Shown here one piece after another: positions 58,047 through 64,000 of a stretch of 64,000 nt of DNA. The notes under the pieces are model-generated. The model had not been told where the DNA came from. It saw only the letters and a list, made by a program, of their open reading frames with translations, and did no database searches. How positions within the stretch are numbered: the stretch's first letter is position 1; each line of letters begins with the position of its first letter. Position numbers and translations under genes: made by a program. Source of the stretch: Hydrolagus colliei (lineage: Eukaryota); the NCBI GenBank assembly GCA_035084275.1, contig CM068751.1:19468001-19532000 (forward strand), in the 5' to 3' direction.

Positions 58047-60420
58047 CTTCAACTTGCCATGTAGTCACTAAATCAGGCAGAACAAAGTTCAGCATCTCCA
58101 ACAAAACCTTCACTGCAGAAAAAGCTGTTGGCCATATTGGAACAAATATATTTATATCCAATGTAGGATTGAAGCAGGTAACACCTGGTATTTTCTCTTA
58201 AGATGAAGACTGTGGGCTTAAAACTAACATCACACAGAATTTCTGAAAGTTCTTGAGTCCGGATTTAGTTATTCCGCGGGCCTTTCCACACTACCGCGTT
58301 GGTGTTAAACCTTTACAAAGCAACTCACCTCGGGCCCCGGGGCCAGCCACGAGAAATGTGAGACGCGGAATTATCTGGTTAGCGCCACTGAAAATGTCCC
58401 TCGTTCTTTCCCGTGTGGTCTTTCTCGTCACGAATGATCTGCCCAACGAGATCTTGTTAAAAATATATATATAATTTTGTTTTTTTAAAAAAGGTGCCTC
58501 TCAGTTCATAAAATTCTCTGGAGATGTCAAGAGTCAAGGCAGAACAAAGCACCATTTTTTGTTTTTTTTACAGACTCGTATGCCTCATTTACTAGAAGCA
58601 ATTTACTGTACAAATGTGGCTATTCAGACTTCTGTGAAAGACAACAATATGGGTATCAATCTAAGAGGCTTTCATTCAGCAGTCTGCCAAAGGGTGTGCA
58701 GTGCCAAGGGGAACCCACTCAACACTGGTAGCAAAATGAGTTAGCGCCATACGGGATGCTTTTGTTTAGCCTGAGTGTGCTGAACACGCACAATTTAATA
58801 GTTAACCCTGTACTCTTTCGAGTCAAGCTTAAAAATGCTTAAAACATTGCCTTATATTTATAAACTATTACAGGCAAGGGTTTACATGATTATGAACTTT
58901 AATAAAAAACGTTTACATCGATGCAGTTATCACAGGCAAAACTGGATTTTTTTTTGGGGGGTGGGGGGGCGACTATCAGTGATTTAAAGGCTTAAAAAAC
59001 AACACAGGGCGGAAAGTTTTATATTGGAAAGTTATTTATTTTGCGTTTACTTAGGATTATGTCACGCAGTAAATCTAAAACGCTTGCCCTTTGTGAGTAT
59101 TCTCACCCAGTCACAAAGCCCTCCCTCAGATACAACACTCCACGTACTCACACACAAACAGTCGAGCCGGTTCGAGTGTGGTGATGTGATGCCATCATTC
59201 CTTCAGCTCATTGGGACACAGGGCACAATTGATGGAAGTTGGCAAGGCTCAAGTTAGTCATTGATAAACCTCATTAAATAGACCGAAAGACTGGGTGGCA
59301 TTAGCGAGCTGAGCTTCCAAGGTTTGCATTTGAATCCAACCCATGAGACTGATGGGCTAAAAGTCTCGTCAGTCTGTCTGTCTGTCTGTTGTGAAGTTCT
59401 ATGCAAAAAAAAAAAAAAGATTTTTTTGACAGCCTTGAGTAAGTTCATTGTGGCTCGGAGCTCACAGCACAAACACTGCTTGTTGCTTGGCAATTTGGCA
59501 ATCGTCCTCAAGAAGCCACGGAGTTATTAACTGGTTTACAAATGGAAAATGTCACAGGTGGGGGTGGGCGTAGGGGGGGGGGGGGGGGGGGAGGCACATT
59601 GTTTGGGTAGGAGATTGAGCTTTACTCTGCACATTAACATGTTCTATCTGCTCGGGGAGTGTTCAAAACCTTTTTTTTGGTGGGGGTGGAAGAGGGGGAT
59701 GTTAGCCGGGTGTTCTGGCAGATGTAGAAATCTATCACTGAGCTACATATGTATGAGATCTACTCGGGTACATTTGTGTGCTCTCTGTGCAGTGCTGTGA
59801 GACAGTGAGATTATATATTTGTAGAATTTAAGAATGATTCAGGTTTTTAGCAGAAATAGCATAAATTTGCTAGGAAGCAGCAGCATGAAGACAATGGAAG
59901 CTATTGAAAGCCTCAAACAGTGCCAATGACAATATTTGTGCTAAAGTACACAGAATGTCAGTTTGCCTTAACTTAAATAGATTTTCACCCTAATACTGTA
60001 CAGTAATTGATGTTTTGATCTATCCTTGGTCCTGTTGGGCAAATCTGGGCATATCACTGCGTGGAAAAATGGGAGAACGGCAGAAATTATATGAAGTGTC
60101 ACATTACCACGTCTCCCCCACAATGTGTTGTAAATGGAATGAAACATTAGTGCGCATGAAACGCTCGAGGCAGTATTTTCCTTTGCTGATGTAAGAAATA
60201 GTGCCATCAAATTCTCAAGAGTCTCATCGAACCGGCAAAAGCCACGATGCACTAAAAGGGAAGGGCAACTCTTGAGGATGGATATTATATATTACACGTT
60301 ATTGAATACGTTGAATAATCATCCGAGTCCTTCAAATGTAACAAAGTCAATATCTCAAAAGCATTTCACACAGAGACCACAGAAATGTATCTGTGCAGAC
60401 AGCATACATTGGTAGAACTA

Positions 60421-60748
60421 CAATAATAATCCTTGCATCTGATACAGCACTTTTCACATCTTATCGACGTCTCAGAGCGCTTCACAGAATATATTGTAAA
60501 GTGAATTGACTGTATATTTGTGGGTGAAACGCAGCAGCCAATTGCGCACAGCAGCGTCCCCCACAAACAGTCGTGGATTGAAATGACCAATTTTATTATT
60601 GTGTTGTTTTGGGGGATTATTATTATTAGGCGTGTGTGTGTGTGTGTGGAGTAAGGAAACTTGCCCAAGGTTTCGCCCTGACCTGCCTGGATTCCAACAC
60701 AGGTCTCACGCTTGTAAGGCGAGCGCTCTAACCACTGAGCTACAGGAA
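60421..60748 (-). mobile_element. SINE, full length
   Basis: Family match. Confidence 0.92.
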
Positions 60749-63437
60749 TGGTTCAGACACTTAAGGTTTGGATACTCTTGACAAATTGCATAAATCTTCA
60801 AATCTATGTATTTCATGAGGGTCTTACACATTCCTACTTTCTCCACAATTTGTATGTTTATTTATGGTAGAACTCCCAAGAATGTTAATTGCTAATTTGG
60901 GAAGTAACACCTTGACAAGGTGTGTGATTTATACCCTGGACTTGTATTTATCGACAGTATTACAGTCCTAGCTATGTATGTAGCATATCGTAAACCATCA
61001 TATAAAATTAAATATGATTTAATCAACACTGTGCAGTAATCTAATCTAATTCAATGCGGGTGCTGTGCTTTGTGACTGCAGCAAGCTGGTCATGTATAGG
61101 TATAGCTATCTACCAGCGCTGATTAAACTGGGTTTAAAGTTTTCCCTTTCTCCCTGCCTGCCCAACAAATCCAAGCCAAGCCTTACAGGTAGTTAAAAGA
61201 TGTAGGCCACTCATTACATGGGAGCAATCGAGGGGGATAAGCACGCACAGTCATTGCAAAATACCTGTAGTTCCAAGCACTGGGATACGAGACACACAAA
61301 ACACGTGTGCAGTTTAAACCTTAACAACCTACACCATGGATTCGCACAGACCGGACTGTGTGTGCATCACACACCTAAAGAGGCGCGTTTAGCAAAAAGG
61401 CTACTTAAAAGTTGGAATTTTTTTCTTTATAAAGTACCGCTTTGAAGAGATTTACAAGGTGGGTGCAGACAACACGGCTCCAGTTGCAGTAATATATATA
61501 TATATATATTTTTATTTGTATCCTCCCTCCAAAAAAAATACAAAAGAAAATCGCTTACACAACACCAGTTACATTACAAACTGCCTTTGAAGCTGAGCGA
61601 CAAAATTATCTCCCGTTTCAAAAGGTTTTCCAAATCAGGAAACTTGGCAAGTGTCTGTCATTTTGTGCCTTAGATGTGGTTAAAGGAAGAAATGAGGACT
61701 GTTAAACTCCAGCCGTATAGCTCAGCATTTCATTTTAACCTCTATCTTGTTCCCTGACCCATGTTTTCTGTGTATGACTGACTGCACATTCAATTTATTG
61801 CATACAAGTGTAATATCAGAAAGCTAGAAAGGCACACATTATTTAACGACGGTTAAGGCTCGTGAATAACTTTCGCGTCCACACGAAAGCTTTGACTTGT
61901 GACATGGTATTGATCAGTCTGTGTTGGGTTTGATTTGGTCATAATTTGAATCTGATGTTTTTTTCCCCAGTCAGAATATTAGATTGGGCTGGGAAGCAGT
62001 AGTAAAAAAAATTCAATTTGTAAGCAAAGATTCAGGTATTACTGAGGTAGAATACACAAACTTGTATCATCACAGATTAAAGTTACTTTCGCACGACTTA
62101 GAACAACTCAAATGCATTTTCAAAAACGTTTGATTTTTCAAAATTTCCTTTCAAACACAATACAGCGAATTATAAGACTGAAGATGCCGAGCACGAATAC
62201 TGATCCTATTTGATATGGGTCTTGTGAACGCTTTAGAACCATATTGGGTTTCCAGTAAGAATCTCTATGGTACAAAGGACAGGAATATCGTCTGGTTCAA
62301 TAATTTGGATGAGTTTCTCATTGCACATTAGTGGAGTAAAGAGAAACCATGACCAATGTACAGTATATTTCTCCTGTATAATTTTCTAACTCTTTAGGAG
62401 AAAGATGTTGCCTCATCTACACCCCCCCCCCCCCCCTTTTTGTTTAAGCTACGAGCTCAACCTCCGCTAAACAACTCATCAACAAAACTCACCTTCTGGC
62501 CTGGTCTTCTGCCCCGTTTATGGCAAAGAACAAACTTCCCTGACCCCAGCTGACGATAATAGAAGCCACTAATTATCAGCCTCTATTTGAATGGGGAGAG
62601 CAGTAAGTGGGCCAGAGTGAGGGCTTGTTAACAGTTACCTAACGGCACCTGTTACTGAATCAGTCAAAACGTTTTTTAATACATATATCGTGTGCTACTG
62701 TTCCAAACCCCTTGCCCTATCGCCCTCCCTCCCTATCACCCTCCCTCCCTCCCAAACACACACACAACATTATCCAATTAATAAAATATATCAAAAACAA
62801 TAATAAGCCCTTAAAGACAGAAACGCATATTGACGAGACAACTCCCCGAAGATTGTGTCAATATCATCTCCCACACAGAACTGTGTGTGTATGTATGCCC
62901 AACATATCTGTAATCGTAAGAAAATATATATATATCTTTTTCCCCATACTCTTGTAAATCCCTTCTGCTCTCCCCTACTGGAAAAATGCTGCTCTGTATT
63001 TGGAAAGGTAAAAATCTTCCTCAGTCCTCTGGAACTCGTCGTCCAAACAAAAAAACAGCAGGAGTTGTACTTTAGAGGAAAGTTTTCTTCGCTGACGCTG
63101 ACAACCTCACTAAGTCTCACCGAACACACAAGGTATAAAAGAGCGATGTAAACTGCACAATGGAGGTCAATAATTCACTGCTCTGAACAGGCCATTTGGG
63201 GGGAGTGGGATGCTTAAATAAATATATTTACATACTGTTGTGTACTTCTTCGATCCTGAACGCGTATTCAAATGAAACGAACAACAGTGTCCCCAGTGCT
63301 ATAAAGAGAAGCAAACAGGTTTTTGGTTTATAAAGAAAAGTGCAAAAAGAGTGCAAACAGCAATAATATGGCATCCAAACAAAAAAAAAGGCACAGGTCA
63401 TCCAAGAAGGCGAGCCGGGGGCGGGCGGGAGTCAAAA

Positions 63438-63538
63438 TCATCTGGCAAATCGGTTCAGTCGTCGCTGCCTCATTTCGTCTTCGCTCAATTGCCTTGCCGT
63501 CCGAGTGTTGCTTTGGCTCCTGCCATTGCGGGATCTCC
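63438..63538 (-). CDS. rhbdd1: Rhomboid domain-containing protein 1 (RHBDL4), last coding exon with VCP/p97-binding motif; rest of gene lies right of the window
   Basis: ttgcag| acceptor, phase 1, LSEDEMRQRRLNRFAR* resembles human SPEEMRRQRLHRFDSQ; convergent with COL4A4 as in human. Confidence 0.82.
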
Positions 63539-63771
63539 CTGCAATCACATTACATGAAAAAAAAAGAGGAAAAAATGAGCTTCTTGGGTTTATCAGGAAA
63601 TCACTGGTTTTCCAACAAAAAACATGACGACGACGACTCTTAACCGTTACTCTCAAGGTCAGATCATTTATCCGGCTCTTTTCGCAAAAGATTAATTGAC
63701 TCGACACTTGTTGTTTTCGCTGGGATTCTTTGCTACAAACCCAGTAACCTACAGAATGGATCTACCCTATT

Positions 63772-64000
63772 CCAGGCTGGGCAAGTTTCCTGACTTTACA
63801 TACCCAATAATAATAATAATAATAATCCCTCAAATTTGGGGGGGGCATTTCAATCCACGACTGTTTGTGGGGGACGCAGCTGTGCGCAATTGTCTGTCGC
63901 ATTTTGCCCACAAATATATACAGTCAACTTACTTTACATTATATTCTGTGAAGCGCTTTGAGACGCCTAGAAGACGTGAAAAGCGCGATATCAAATGCAA
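63772..64000 (+). mobile_element. SINE, partial, in last rhbdd1 intron
   Basis: Core and tail run to window end. Confidence 0.85.

Noticed and set aside
1-64000. CRISPR arrays, operons or other prokaryotic systems
   Set aside because: The sequence is spliceosomal-intron-rich vertebrate DNA; repeats are dispersed retroposons and microsatellites, not regularly spaced arrays

Overview
Eukaryotic (vertebrate) genomic DNA, most likely a cartilaginous fish such as a chimaera. That assignment is inferred from the repeat landscape: a tRNA/Deu-domain SINE with an L2-type tail, plus shark-type CR1 and Penelope ends. The window holds an apparently complete, intact type IV collagen alpha-4 gene (col4a4, + strand). 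I reconstructed it by hand as 48 coding exons from ATG 4035 to TAA 52604, about 1689 aa, with all introns GT-AG and exon sizes and phases closely matching human COL4A4 as I recall them. The first coding exon of its head-to-head partner col4a3 lies at 2408-2476 (-), and the last coding exon of the convergent neighbour rhbdd1 at 63438-63538 (-), giving the conserved COL4A3-COL4A4-RHBDD1 synteny. Introns are packed with more than 30 copies of one tRNA-derived SINE, L2/CR1 fragments, a pogo/Tigger-type MITE and a hAT/Charlie-type MITE. The most notable observations are: the alpha-4 NC1 domain lacks the sulfilimine cross-link methionine (PMMP is PERP) yet keeps the partner lysine and gains a two-cysteine C-terminal tail; the conserved 7S N-glycosylation sequon is lost; an extra 9-nt Gly-X-Y microexon candidate is present; and retroposons abut or supply splice and poly(A) signals. 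Almost all ORFs in the supplied track are repeat-derived or antisense artefacts. Comparisons with human proteins are from memory, not from an alignment run here, and repeat boundaries are approximate.
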